A DNA stretch of 64,000 bases from Reclinomonas americana ATCC 50394 (GCA_048213135.1 PS015009.1:1674001-1738000); one strand, 5' to 3'. Counted from the first letter of the stretch, positions 10,589 through 21,155 are shown. Notes: generated by a model from the sequence alone, not told the origin. Translations and numbers: made by a program.

Positions 10589-11767
10589 ATGGCAAATATC
10601 ATCACACTACATCATACAACAGCACTCTCCGGTACGGAAAAGACAAGGACCCGGCTGGTGGTAGCTCTATTTTATTTCCTGCAGGGCATTTGCTTCGCCT
10701 CCTGGGCCAGCCGTATCCCCGATATTAAAACAGCCTTGCATTTGTCAGAAGCCGGGTTGGGTACTGTTTTGCTGGCACTGCCTGCCGGGCAACTGGTCAC
10801 CCTGCCTTTCTCGGGCCGTATTGTGGCGCATTACGGGAGCAGGCAGGTATTGTCTGTAGCGATCGTGTTGTATGCGCTTGAATTACTGGTGCTGGGTATG
10901 GCCTCGGCGCAATGGCAACTAATGCTGGGGTTGTTTTTCTTTGGTGTGTTCGGTAACCTCTGTAATATTTCCATCAACACACAGGGTGTTGGTGTTGAAA
11001 AAATATATGAGCGTCCCATTATGGCTTCTTTCCATGGTGCCTGGAGCACAGCAGGTGTTGCAGGCGCTTTGCTGGGGATACTGGCCGTAAGCCAGGGCCT
11101 GGTGCCGCGGGTGCATTTTATTATTATTTCCGGACTGGTGATCACATCTTCGGTTATGGCTAACCGTTACCTGCTTCCCGGAAGCAACCCGGTAACAGAA
11201 AAGCGGCCGTTCTTTTCCAAACCCAATTCCACGCTGGCGCAGCTGGGCGTCATCGCTTTTTGCTGTATGGCCGCCGAGGGAACGATGTTTGACTGGAGCG
11301 GTGTTTATTTCCGGCAGGTGGTGCAGGCTCCGCCCCGGCTGGTGATACTGGGTTATGCTTCTTTTATGCTGATGATGGCTACCGGTCGTTTTGCCGGTGA
11401 TAAGGTGATTGCCCGGCTGGGCAGGAAACGTACCCTGCAAATGAGTGGTGTGCTGATTGCCGCAGGCTTGTTGTTATCCGTTTTGTTTCCCAATATTGTT
11501 GTGGCTACGCTGGGATTTCTGATTGTTGGTTTTGGTGTTTCCTCGGTGGTGCCTACAGTGTACAGCGTTGCCGGCAAATCTTCACCTGCGGTGCCAAGTA
11601 TAGCGCTGGCCACGGTTTCAAGTATCGGCTTCCTGGGTTTTCTAATAGGACCTCCGCTGATCGGTTATATCGCCCAGGCATTGGGGTTGCAATATTCTTT
11701 TGTTGTGATCGCGCTGATCGGGCTGAGCATCAGCTTTATTGTAACACGGGTGAAAGTGATGGACTGA
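10589..11767 (+). CDS. MFS transporter
   Basis: About 12 TM helices, WASRIPDIK, MASFHGAWS, GRFAGD. A TAAATTTG -7 box lies at 10529-10536. Confidence 0.9.
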   Translation: MANIITLHHTTALSGTEKTRTRLVVALFYFLQGICFASWASRIPDIKTALHLSEAGLGTVLLALPAGQLVTLPFSGRIVAHYGSRQVLSVAIVLYALELLVLGMASAQWQLMLGLFFFGVFGNLCNISINTQGVGVEKIYERPIMASFHGAWSTAGVAGALLGILAVSQGLVPRVHFIIISGLVITSSVMANRYLLPGSNPVTEKRPFFSKPNSTLAQLGVIAFCCMAAEGTMFDWSGVYFRQVVQAPPRLVILGYASFMLMMATGRFAGDKVIARLGRKRTLQMSGVLIAAGLLLSVLFPNIVVATLGFLIVGFGVSSVVPTVYSVAGKSSPAVPSIALATVSSIGFLGFLIGPPLIGYIAQALGLQYSFVVIALIGLSISFIVTRVKVMD

Positions 11768-11769
11768 TA

Positions 11770-12525
11770 TTACCACTGCGCACCCGGGTAGGTGCGTTGC
11801 AGGTATTGCAGTTCGGCCAGTATATAGCCCAGTTGTTCGGTGTGGATGCCTGTTTTTCCGCCGGTTTGTGCAAACACTTTCCCCGGAACGGGTAATGTTG
11901 CTTCTTCAAACACAGTTGTCATTCTATCGTTCCATGCAGCTTCCAGTTCACTTACATCAACACCTGAACCATCGGCAGCCACTTCTTTTTCATATGCCGC
12001 CGGCAGAAACAGTTCGCCTGTATAGCGCCACAGCTCTTCAACGGCTGCCAGTATGCGGTTACGGCTTTCCTCTGTGCCATCGCCCAGGCGGATCACCCAT
12101 TCATTACTCCAGGTTACGTGGTAGGTAACTTCTTTTAATGCTTTGGCGGCAATGGCGGCCAGTTGCGGGTTGGTGCTGTGCTGCAGCTTATCGTATAACA
12201 GGTATTGATAGTTACTGAAGATGCATTGACGTAAGATGGTCTGCGCCCAGTCGCCGGAGGGTTGTTCTGTCAGCAGGCAATTTTTAAATTCTCTTTCGGT
12301 GCGCAGGTAAGCGAGGCTGTCTTCTGTAGCGCCATTGTTCATGAGCTGGGCCGCGTACTGGTACAGGTTCCTGGACTGGCCCAGCAGGTCGAGTGAAATA
12401 TTGGTGATGGCGATATCCTGCTCCAGTATCGGTCCGTGGCCGCACCACTCCGCATTCCTCTGTGAAAGAATAAGTGTGTTATCGGCCAGGTGGAGCAGGT
12501 AATCAATAAGTGGGCTGTTCTTCAT
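11770..12525 (-). CDS. paaC: 1,2-phenylacetyl-CoA epoxidase subunit PaaC
   Basis: LADNTLILSQRNAEWCGHGPILEQDIA, KEVTYH, RLGDGTEES, ELQYLQRTYPGAQW. Confidence 0.96.
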   Translation of the reverse strand: MKNSPLIDYLLHLADNTLILSQRNAEWCGHGPILEQDIAITNISLDLLGQSRNLYQYAAQLMNNGATEDSLAYLRTEREFKNCLLTEQPSGDWAQTILRQCIFSNYQYLLYDKLQHSTNPQLAAIAAKALKEVTYHVTWSNEWVIRLGDGTEESRNRILAAVEELWRYTGELFLPAAYEKEVAADGSGVDVSELEAAWNDRMTTVFEEATLPVPGKVFAQTGGKTGIHTEQLGYILAELQYLQRTYPGAQW

Positions 12526-12548
12526 GTTGTGTTGTCTTTCCGGGATCA

Positions 12549-12914
12549 TTACATATGGCCCACTTCATCGGGCAGGTCATAAAAAGTAGGATGACGGTAT
12601 ACTTTGTCATTGGCGGGTTCGTAAAATGCCCCGGCATCATCGGGGTTGCTGGCATGTATGTGCCCGCTTTCCACTACCCATATGCTTACGCCTTCCATGC
12701 GGCGGGTGTATACATCACGGGCGTTCTCGATGGCCATGGCGGCGTCGGCGGCGTGCAGGCTGCCCACATGTTTATGATCGAGGCCCTGCTTGCTGCGGAT
12801 GAATACTTCCCAGAGCGGCCAGTTGTTTTTGTCAGATGATGCGGTAGTGGCAGTACCCCCATTATTGTCATCGGGTATATCCCCGTAATATAATTTCCTG
12901 ATCGCTATGTTCAT
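12549..12914 (-). CDS. paaB: 1,2-phenylacetyl-CoA epoxidase subunit PaaB
   Basis: WPLWEVFIRSKQGLDHKHVGSLHA...ARDVYTRR.EGVSIWVV...DKVYRHPTFY. Confidence 0.96.
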   Translation of the reverse strand: MNIAIRKLYYGDIPDDNNGGTATTASSDKNNWPLWEVFIRSKQGLDHKHVGSLHAADAAMAIENARDVYTRRMEGVSIWVVESGHIHASNPDDAGAFYEPANDKVYRHPTFYDLPDEVGHM

Positions 12915-12938
12915 GGTTGATGATTGTACAATGAAAAA

Positions 12939-13886
12939 TTACGCGGCGCTTTGTTGTTTGCGTTCCGCTTTCTTTTTAGCATAGGCCATGGCGGCTTCCC
13001 TTACCCAGGCGCCTTCCGCATGGGCCTTGCGGCGGGCCTCCAGCCTTTGTTTGTTGCAGGGGCCGTTGCCTTTCACCACGTTCCAGAATTCATCCCAGTT
13101 GATCTCGCCGAAATCGTAATGTTTGCGTTCTTCATTCCATTTCAGATCCGGATCGGGAAGGGTCATGCCCAATACCTTCACCTGCTCTGAGGCCATATCT
13201 ACAAACTGCTGGCGCAGCTCATCATTGGTCTTTCTTTTGATCTTCCATTTGATGCTCTGGTCGCTGTTGGTGGATTCGCTGTCCTTCGGACCAAACATCA
13301 TCAAACTGGGCCACCACCAGCGGTTGATGGCATCCTGGCACATGGCTTTTTGTTCTTCCGTACCCCGGCTCAGCACGAGCAGCGATTCAAAACCCTGGCG
13401 CTGGTGAAAGCTTTCTTCCTTGCAAATGCGCACCATCGCCCTGGCATACGGACCATAAGATGTGCGGCAGAGCATCACCTGGTTAAGGATAGCGGCGCCG
13501 TCTACCAGCCAGCCAACGGCACCCATATCGGCCCAGGTCAGCGTGGGGTAGTTGAAAATAGAAGAATATTTGGCCTTGCCGATGTGCAGGTCGTCGATCA
13601 TCTCTTCCCGTGAAGTGCCCAGTGTTTCAGCGGCGGAGTAGAGGTATAATCCGTGCCCGGCCTCATCCTGCACTTTGGCCAGCAGAATGGCTTTGCGTTT
13701 CAGCGAAGGGGCCCGGCTTATCCAGTTGCCTTCGGGGAGCATGCCTACAATTTCGCTGTGGGCGTGCTGGCTGATCTGCCGCAGGTTGGTTTTGCGGTAG
13801 GCGTCGGGCATCCAGTCCTTCGGCTCAATCTTGGTCTCAGCATCCACTTTTTGCTGAAACTGCAGTTCCAGGTCATGTATGGTCAT
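12939..13886 (-). CDS. paaA: 1,2-phenylacetyl-CoA epoxidase catalytic subunit PaaA
   Basis: [48 protein letters not shown] di-iron motifs. Confidence 0.97.
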   Translation of the reverse strand: MTIHDLELQFQQKVDAETKIEPKDWMPDAYRKTNLRQISQHAHSEIVGMLPEGNWISRAPSLKRKAILLAKVQDEAGHGLYLYSAAETLGTSREEMIDDLHIGKAKYSSIFNYPTLTWADMGAVGWLVDGAAILNQVMLCRTSYGPYARAMVRICKEESFHQRQGFESLLVLSRGTEEQKAMCQDAINRWWWPSLMMFGPKDSESTNSDQSIKWKIKRKTNDELRQQFVDMASEQVKVLGMTLPDPDLKWNEERKHYDFGEINWDEFWNVVKGNGPCNKQRLEARRKAHAEGAWVREAAMAYAKKKAERKQQSAA

Positions 13887-13904
13887 AATCGTCGGTTTGC
13901 GTAA

Positions 13905-13935
13905 CAAAGTTAAGGAAAACTAACAGTTGTTAGTT
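13905..13935 (-). promoter_or_regulatory. paaA promoter (-7 TAACTTTG) with adjacent palindromic putative TetR operator
   Basis: CAAAGTTA at 13905-13912; AACTAAC-AGTT-GTTAGTT at 13918-13935. Confidence 0.75.
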
Positions 13936-13972
13936 ACCGGTTTTCCTCTTGTTTCCGGCGGTTAAATGTAAT

Positions 13973-13996
13973 AAAAAACCGTCCTTTCCAGGACGG
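13973..13996 (-). terminator. Intrinsic terminator after the 14025..14579 gene
   Basis: CCGTCCT-TTCC-AGGACGG stem with an A6 tract on the left (U-tract on minus). Confidence 0.65.
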
Positions 13997-14024
13997 CCAA
14001 TTCAACAAACTAAACCATACAATC

Positions 14025-14579
14025 TTACCGGGCGTATACACCGTTGGGCGATACTACGCTGGCCGGTCCGCCGGTGATACCCACAGGCGGTACAATAATA
14101 TTAACAGGCTCCCCATTTATTTTCAGGGAAACACTGCGGGCATGTATTTCAACACCCTGCTGGTGAAAGGGTGGCATGGCGGCGGGTTCGCGACTGATGA
14201 GGTAAGGATCGCTGAAATCGCTCATTTCCACCTCAAAAGTGTAATCGCCCACCACGCATTTGGAATAGGCTTTTGTATCGCTGACCTGTATATCGATAGT
14301 TGCTTTCAGTACCGGTGCCTGTTCAAAAGGGGTGCCGGCAAAAATATTGGGGCCGAAATAGGCGCCAACAGTTTCATCGGTACTCACAAATCCCATTACG
14401 GCGGGCATGGCTGCAGCATCGGGTTGCCACAGTATCATACCGCTTGCGGCGTTGCCCGCGGGGGTATTCACCATACGCCCGAGGTGTACGATCACATTGG
14501 GCATTTGCAGGTCGGGAGAAGTTACGGCCACCAGGTCGATGCCGCCTTCCCAGCTCATCCATTTGGAAATGGTATTCAT
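14025..14579 (-). CDS. Hypothetical cytoplasmic protein
   Basis: 184-aa ORF with its own terminator and an upstream palindrome; no family recognised. Confidence 0.75.
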   Translation of the reverse strand: MNTISKWMSWEGGIDLVAVTSPDLQMPNVIVHLGRMVNTPAGNAASGMILWQPDAAAMPAVMGFVSTDETVGAYFGPNIFAGTPFEQAPVLKATIDIQVSDTKAYSKCVVGDYTFEVEMSDFSDPYLISREPAAMPPFHQQGVEIHARSVSLKINGEPVNIIVPPVGITGGPASVVSPNGVYAR

Positions 14580-14655
14580 TGTTCAGGGTTTTATTAAGGT
14601 GAGCTGTGAAAGTAGCGGTAAGTATAAAAGGGATCAATACCCGGCGCAGGGTATT

Positions 14656-16617
14656 TTATTGTGGCGTGATGCGTACCACGGTTCCGGGATAGCCGTCCTG
14701 CCATTCTATATTCCAGCCGCATTCGCGGGCACGGGTTTTCATGTTGAGTAAACCATTACTGCTGTTTTCAATTACAGCGGGGTCAATGCCTTTGCCATTG
14801 TCTTCAATGCTGATCATCCATTGTTCTTTACCGGAGATCATAACAAGAATATTTTTGCAATGACTGTGCTTGAGTGCGTTGCTGATGGCTTCCTGTACGA
14901 TGCGGAAAAGATGAAAAGCATGTGAAGGGGTCAGTAATTTATCGTCCTCAATTTTTTCCAGCACATCGATGGTTACGGAGGGATGACCCGGTTGTATCCG
15001 TTGTATAAATACTTTGAGCCTGTCGCTGATGGCGGTGAGCAGTAGGGCATCTTTTTTCAATACCCAAATGGTATCGTCGAGTTGCGATACAATGGACAAT
15101 GAATTGTTCCGCAGTTCTTCCAGCGGGGCGATACCGGCTGACGGCTGCAGGGTTATGTTATCCAGTATCGAAACAATGGATGCGGCATAGGCGCCCAGGT
15201 TATCGTGGAGATCGGCGGCAATGCGTTTACGCTCTTTTTCCTCAGCCTCTTTAACGGCAATACCGGCCAGGTGTTTTTCTTTTTTTACCGCCTGGTCCAT
15301 ATGAAGCTGTTGCCGGCGCCGGTAATTCATGAACAGGAGCCAGCCTACGAGCGCCAGCAGGAAAGACACGACAAGTGAACCGTAGAAAAGATAATTCTTG
15401 CGTGTAATGTCAAACTTCTGCTGGATGATGGTGCTTTCTTTTTTCTGTACATCGTACCGTGTTTGCAACTCGGCAATGGCACGGGCGGAGTTGGTTTCAT
15501 AAAAAATATCTTTAGCGTTGATGAGTTTTTCGAGTGTAGCGCTGTACTGTTTAGTGTCACCTTTCATCTGGTAAGCCGTGGCCAGGGCCTGGTAATAGGA
15601 TATTTTCAACGCGTCGCCTTCGGTACTGCCGGGGCGTAGTTTTTTTTCTTCCTCATCACGTGCCAGGGCTTCGGTGAGTATGCTGATCGACTTATCGGGT
15701 TTGCCCCAGCGTATATAGATGCCGGCCAGCGCCAGTTGTTCATTGGACAGGAAGAGTTTGCCTTCTGTCTGCTCGCGGATGCGCATACACTGCTGCATGG
15801 TAGCCTCTGCCTGCTCGAAAGATTTTACCTGCTTATAAGTACTGGCTTTAACGCGAAACGCGTTTGCCAGGTAAAACAGGTTCTCGCTTTTTTCGCAGAG
15901 CGGTATGGCCCTGCTGATATAATAAAACGCGGAATCGGTCTTGCCCACCCAGCGGTAGGTTTCGGCGAGGTTGATGCACAGTGCGCCTTCCAGTGCGCTG
16001 CCGGCAGGGTTGCCATTGACCAGCGCCAGGCCTTTAAAATACCACTTGAACGCATCAGGAACATGATCGAGATTATAATTGATGACACCAACCGTGTTCA
16101 TGCTTTTCATCAGTACCAATGTGTCTTTGTAGGTTTCGGCATAACTGATGATGCTAAACAGTTCTGATAAAGCATCTTCATATTTAGAGGCATCACCAAA
16201 GCAATCTACTTTTTGCCCGGCCAGTTTAAAATAAACACCACGCAGCGCGGGGTCTTTAACGGAAAGGAGGGGCAGCCGGGTTTCGATCAATGCCCTGGCG
16301 CTGTCGGTCTTTCCCAACCGAAGCCAGGCGCTGATGAGTGCTGATGAGGCCAGCGCTTTTTTGCGAAGGTCATTTTGTGCTTCCGCCAGCCTGCGGCATT
16401 CCTGTGCTGCCCGGTACAGGCTGTCTTTGTTCATGCTCTCATGCTCTTCACACAAAAGAAGCAGGGCGGTTAATCTGTCGGTATTATTTTTTGCTGAGCG
16501 TACCTGCTGGCTGAGAAGCTCAATTTTTCCGGTCTGACCAAAACCCTCCTGAACTCCTGTAAACAGGAAGCAGGCAATAAAAAACAGGCAGAAGATATAC
16601 CGGCAGAGGATGGTCAT
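14656..16617 (-). CDS. TPR-containing sensor histidine kinase (HisKA_3 type)
   Basis: Signal peptide, TPR helices, TM segment, ERKRIAADLHDNLG H-box, QEAISNALKHS, DNGKG, GLLNM. Confidence 0.92.
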   Translation of the reverse strand: MTILCRYIFCLFFIACFLFTGVQEGFGQTGKIELLSQQVRSAKNNTDRLTALLLLCEEHESMNKDSLYRAAQECRRLAEAQNDLRKKALASSALISAWLRLGKTDSARALIETRLPLLSVKDPALRGVYFKLAGQKVDCFGDASKYEDALSELFSIISYAETYKDTLVLMKSMNTVGVINYNLDHVPDAFKWYFKGLALVNGNPAGSALEGALCINLAETYRWVGKTDSAFYYISRAIPLCEKSENLFYLANAFRVKASTYKQVKSFEQAEATMQQCMRIREQTEGKLFLSNEQLALAGIYIRWGKPDKSISILTEALARDEEEKKLRPGSTEGDALKISYYQALATAYQMKGDTKQYSATLEKLINAKDIFYETNSARAIAELQTRYDVQKKESTIIQQKFDITRKNYLFYGSLVVSFLLALVGWLLFMNYRRRQQLHMDQAVKKEKHLAGIAVKEAEEKERKRIAADLHDNLGAYAASIVSILDNITLQPSAGIAPLEELRNNSLSIVSQLDDTIWVLKKDALLLTAISDRLKVFIQRIQPGHPSVTIDVLEKIEDDKLLTPSHAFHLFRIVQEAISNALKHSHCKNILVMISGKEQWMISIEDNGKGIDPAVIENSSNGLLNMKTRARECGWNIEWQDGYPGTVVRITPQ

Positions 16618-16704
16618 ATTGCTGCTTTAAAAGTAACAATGATTTTGAGATCGCAGCTACTACAGATTAGGTATTTGTTACCCGGTTATTTTAACAGTAA
16701 CGTT

Positions 16705-17382
16705 TTAGGAGAACCATTTTTTCTGGTGCGCCAGGCTAATGACCTGTGCCCGGGAGTTGACGTGCAGTTTGTCGTAAATATTGGCGATGTGTTTACGAAC
16801 GGTTAATACGCTCAGGTTGAGTGCCGCGGCGGTACGTTTGGCATCCCAGCCATTGACCATATGCTGCAGTATTTCCTGCTCTCTTTCCGTGATCACTTTC
16901 GGGAGCGTGGAAGTGGTTACAGCATCGTTATTCTCCATGCCTGCCCTGCTGAGCAGGTAGAGTGTTTTCCGGGCGATAGCCGGGCTCATGGGCGCTCCGC
17001 CAAATTCCAGCACATTGATGATGGCGTCTTTCAGTACGGGAGCGGGTTCATGTTTGAGTAAATAACCCGAGGCGCCGGCTTTGATTGCTTCAAATATTTT
17101 TTCATCATCATCAAATACGGTGAGCACAATAAAATGAATCTGCGGGTACAATGCTTTGGCGATGTGGATGGTTTCAATACCATCCATGCCGGGCATTTCA
17201 ATATCCATAAAAATGACCTGCGGCAACTTCTGGTGGGGTAAGCCTTTCAGCTCTTCCAGGCACTCCTGGCCATTCCCGGCGGAGAACACCAGTTGCAGAT
17301 CAGGCAACAGCTTTATTTTTTGCATAAAGGTGTTCCTGTTTACATTATTGTCTTCTGCAAGCGCTACGGTGAAGTTGATCAT
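16705..17382 (-). CDS. NarL/LuxR-family response regulator
   Basis: REC domain (AEDN, MDIEMPGMDG, GYLLK) plus LuxR HTH (TEREQEIL...TVRKHIANIYDKLHV). Confidence 0.95.
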   Translation of the reverse strand: MINFTVALAEDNNVNRNTFMQKIKLLPDLQLVFSAGNGQECLEELKGLPHQKLPQVIFMDIEMPGMDGIETIHIAKALYPQIHFIVLTVFDDDEKIFEAIKAGASGYLLKHEPAPVLKDAIINVLEFGGAPMSPAIARKTLYLLSRAGMENNDAVTTSTLPKVITEREQEILQHMVNGWDAKRTAAALNLSVLTVRKHIANIYDKLHVNSRAQVISLAHQKKWFS

Positions 17383-17447
17383 TACGGCAAAATTGGGCTT
17401 ATCATAAAATTACGCAATAATCAATTTGTAGTACGCGGTCATCTTTG

Positions 17448-17586
17448 AAAGGGAGTGTCTCAGTTTGAAAACGGGGAAGCCCTCCCGCCAAGCCGCTAAA
17501 GCAACACAAAGAGTTGCCAATTAGTATATACTTAGTATTCTTCGTGCTTTTATGGGAAATATATTCGGATTGATACACTCTCCTTT
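17448..17586. mobile_element. Possible MITE-like non-autonomous element
   Basis: Imperfect terminal inverted repeats AAAGGGAGTGTCTCAGTTTGAA and TTCGGATTGATACACTCTCCTTT; CTTTGAAAGG at both ends; no ORF. Confidence 0.45.
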
Positions 17587-17769
17587 GAAAGGCATTCGTG
17601 GCTGACTGTAATGAAACGTACTACAGATTTGGTATTGCACAGCCTGCCGATAAAGTGAAATTTTGAATTCAAATCTTCCATCTTTTTAAAGCCACCGTTT
17701 TATTCAGCTGCAGACCTGCCCGGCAGCTCATTTCTTTTTACATACAGTAAACCATATAAATACAGTGCT

Positions 17770-20700
17770 ATGAAAAAATATTTAATTGTTCTTTCTGCGT
17801 TTTTATTCTTTATCCTGGCAGAAGTAAGGTCGCAGGGTGTTTCCAAATTATGGGGATTGATTGGTGGGTATCCGCAAAGTAACCACAGCACCAATGGTAT
17901 GATCTTCAGTACCGACAGTTCCGGTAATAATTTCCAGTTGCAGTACAATTTCCCGGTAACCATTTCCGGGGGCTCGCCGGGCAACCTGGAAATGGCAGTA
18001 TACAATAATAAATTTTACGGTACCACCACCCAGGGGGGCAGTTATAACTATGGGACCATATTTGAGTATGACCCGGTAACCGGGGTCTATACCAAAAAGA
18101 TCGACTTCGGAAATAACCTTAATGCAACAGGAGGAACGCCAAGGGGAAGTTTATTGCTGTACAACGGTAAATTCTACGGAATGAATTCCGAATACGGCGT
18201 ATCCGGCGGAGGTTGTCTTTTTGAATGGGATCCTGCCACTAATGTATTTACCAAAAAATTTGATTTTACCGGTAGTGGCGGCGCTTATATGGGCAGCTAT
18301 CCTTATAACTCCTTACGCCTGTACAACGGTAAAATGTATGGCACCACGCAACAGGGCGGAACCAATAACCTGGGGGTTGTTTTTGAGTGGGACCCGGCTA
18401 CCAATGTTTATAAAGACATCTACGACGGAAATTCTGCTCAGGGTTCGATATTTTATAATAATGTGACACCTTTCAATAATAAATTGTACTGCGCCTCGCA
18501 TGGAGGAGGTACCAACAACTACGGTGTGCTGTTCTCGCTCGATCCCGCCCTGCCCAATGGATCTAATTATACACAGTTGAACGTGTTTAATCATACCAAT
18601 GGCGCCCAGCCGAATAACAATGAAATGGTGGTGTATAACAATAAGCTGTATGGCTGTACAAATGACGGCGGAATTAACTTTGGAGGTGTTTTATTTGAAC
18701 TGAATCCAGCCACATCTGTCTATACCAAACTATTGGATTTCGAATATACCAGTACAGGCCGTAACCCGCTCGGAAGACTGGTTGCCAATGGTTCAAAATT
18801 CCTGGGTTTGTGCAGTGTTGGTGGTGTCAATGGTACGGGCAGTGTTTTTGAATGGGACCCGGCTAATCCCAACACAGTGATTAAAAAGGCGGAGTTCGGT
18901 CCCGGTAATTTTAATAACCCCATTAATCCCGGCAGTACGTTCATCTTATTTAATTCGAAGTTTTATGCTACTACTTATAATGGTGGTTTTGTAAACAGGG
19001 GTACAATGTTCGAATATGATTACAGTAACAATACCATCACCAAGAAAATTAATTTTGATGCCGCGGAAAACGGCCGGATACCATATGGCAAACCTTTATT
19101 GTACAATGGTAAATTATACGGCACCAGTTATACGGGCCCGCAGGAAATATTCGGTACGCCTTATGGTTGTTTGTGGTCTTTTGATCCGTCCACATCCACC
19201 TACTCCCGTAAAATAACGTTTGACAATACGAATAATGGTAATAACGGCAGGACGCCTTTGGCATCGCCTGTTGTTTACAACGGAAAACTATACGGCCTCG
19301 CTTCAAACGGAGGCGCAGGCGATTGGGGCGTATTGTATGAGTATGACCCGGTAACCGAAGTCTATACCAAAAAAGATATCCAGTCCATGGGAGCAGGAGC
19401 CTACCCGGATGGGGAGTTGACGCTGTTCAATAATAAACTGTACGGCATGCTGGGCAATGGCGGTGCGGGAAATACAGGTGTCATTTTCAGTTATGATCCG
19501 GCAACGGGCGTACTCACCAAACTGTACGACATCAATAACCTGGGAAGCTATTCGCCTACTTCTCATTTCACCGTTTACAACAATAAACTGTACGGTACTA
19601 CTACTTCCGGTGGCGCCAATAACTACGGTGCTGTATTCTCTTATGATCCCGCTACCAATACAGCCGTTTCTCTGGCCGACCTGTCTGCCCCTGTCGGGGT
19701 TACAGTAAGAAATGCAATGGTTGTTTACAACAATAAAATGTACAACACAGCCCTGGGCGGAGGCACCGGCAGGGGAACTATTTTTTCCTTCGATCCTGCT
19801 ACCAATACGCTGACTAATATTTATAATTTCACTACCAACGCCGGAGGTACAGGTTATGATCCGCAGGGTGGGTTAACGATCAGGGGCAACAGGATGTATT
19901 GTCTCACCAGCGAAGGTGGAACCATCGTGAATGTAGTGGAGCTGGACCCTGCCACCAATACCGTTACCGTAAAATCGTCCTATACAACAACCAACGGCAA
20001 TCTTCCCGTAGCACATAACGGGTTGACGGTGGTTCCGGCTTTCATTGCCAATGGAATACCCGGTGGTTGCGAAACCTATCCTGTTGTTAATATCAACGCT
20101 TCCAATAATACCCGGTGGGTAACCATTCTCAATAATGCGGGAGATGTAGTGGCTGAAATAAAGGCCAACGGTTTTAACCTGGGCAATGTTACGCCTTCCG
20201 TTTACATCAATAACGGAACTGTGCGGGAAGACGCGATGAAACAATTGTATATGGACAGGAACATTACGCTGAATGTACAAAACCAGCCTGCCGGGAATGT
20301 GGACATACGTTTATACATTAAGACAAGTGAATACCTGGCTTTGAAAAATGCGGTGAACTCCGTTGGGCAGCCTTCGGGTATTACCAGCATCAACGACATA
20401 ACCATTCTCAAAAATGCAGATAACTGCCCGGCGGTTATGATCACCTCTCCGGGTAAACCCACTACCACAGGTTCGTTATATGAATATGGTTATGTGCTGT
20501 CTGCCAGCATCAACTCCTTCTCCACTTTCTTTTTCGCGAAAAATAATTTTGCCATCCTGCCTTTATCCCTGCTGAGTTTTGACGCGAAAAAAGATAATGA
20601 CAAAGTACGCGTCAGCTGGAAAACAGAAAACGAGATCAGTCTGCAACGCTATGAAGTGGAGAGAAGTACCGACGGTATGAACTTTACCCAACTGGCCGAA

Positions 20701-21072
20701 GCAATGCCGCGTGGCGGAACAACCAATGTGTACACTGTAACCGACAATCATCCTGCGCCCGGTATTAATTACTACCGGCTAAAAAGTATTGATAAAGATG
20801 GCAGGTACACGTACAGTAAGATCGCGAGGGTTGATTTCAGTAAAAACAGTGCCATCAGTATATCACCCAATCCCGCTTCTGATGAAATGGTTATCCGGTC
20901 GGCAGGAAAGATCAGCGGCATTATTCTTTTCGATATCAATGGAAGGATTGTAAAACAGTTTTCACCTGTTGCCGGCAATCGTTACAACATCAGCGGCATT
21001 CGCCCGGGTATATATGTAGTAAAGGTATTTTCCGAAAGAGAAACCAATACGGCCAGGCTGGTCATTCAATAG
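17770..21072 (+). CDS. Secreted tandem-repeat (Gloeo_Verruco/GloVer-type) beta-propeller protein with T9SS C-terminal sorting domain
   Basis: Roughly 14 repeats of about 50 aa (YNNKLYGTTxxGGxxxxGxxFxYDPxT); LPLSLLSF linker; ISPNPAS...GIYVVK CTD. Confidence 0.9.
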   Translation: MKKYLIVLSAFLFFILAEVRSQGVSKLWGLIGGYPQSNHSTNGMIFSTDSSGNNFQLQYNFPVTISGGSPGNLEMAVYNNKFYGTTTQGGSYNYGTIFEYDPVTGVYTKKIDFGNNLNATGGTPRGSLLLYNGKFYGMNSEYGVSGGGCLFEWDPATNVFTKKFDFTGSGGAYMGSYPYNSLRLYNGKMYGTTQQGGTNNLGVVFEWDPATNVYKDIYDGNSAQGSIFYNNVTPFNNKLYCASHGGGTNNYGVLFSLDPALPNGSNYTQLNVFNHTNGAQPNNNEMVVYNNKLYGCTNDGGINFGGVLFELNPATSVYTKLLDFEYTSTGRNPLGRLVANGSKFLGLCSVGGVNGTGSVFEWDPANPNTVIKKAEFGPGNFNNPINPGSTFILFNSKFYATTYNGGFVNRGTMFEYDYSNNTITKKINFDAAENGRIPYGKPLLYNGKLYGTSYTGPQEIFGTPYGCLWSFDPSTSTYSRKITFDNTNNGNNGRTPLASPVVYNGKLYGLASNGGAGDWGVLYEYDPVTEVYTKKDIQSMGAGAYPDGELTLFNNKLYGMLGNGGAGNTGVIFSYDPATGVLTKLYDINNLGSYSPTSHFTVYNNKLYGTTTSGGANNYGAVFSYDPATNTAVSLADLSAPVGVTVRNAMVVYNNKMYNTALGGGTGRGTIFSFDPATNTLTNIYNFTTNAGGTGYDPQGGLTIRGNRMYCLTSEGGTIVNVVELDPATNTVTVKSSYTTTNGNLPVAHNGLTVVPAFIANGIPGGCETYPVVNINASNNTRWVTILNNAGDVVAEIKANGFNLGNVTPSVYINNGTVREDAMKQLYMDRNITLNVQNQPAGNVDIRLYIKTSEYLALKNAVNSVGQPSGITSINDITILKNADNCPAVMITSPGKPTTTGSLYEYGYVLSASINSFSTFFFAKNNFAILPLSLLSFDAKKDNDKVRVSWKTENEISLQRYEVERSTDGMNFTQLAEAMPRGGTTNVYTVTDNHPAPGINYYRLKSIDKDGRYTYSKIARVDFSKNSAISISPNPASDEMVIRSAGKISGIILFDINGRIVKQFSPVAGNRYNISGIRPGIYVVKVFSERETNTARLVIQ

Positions 21073-21133
21073 CCCGGTCTTAACTAAGTTTTGAGAGTAA
21101 TGGAACGAGCTCAACCGTTCCCAGGTTTTCCAC

Positions 21134-21155
21134 AACCCCGGTCTTTACCGGGGTT
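21134..21155. terminator. Hairpin between convergent genes
   Basis: AACCCCGGT-CTTT-ACCGGGGTT perfect 9-bp stem. Confidence 0.65.
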
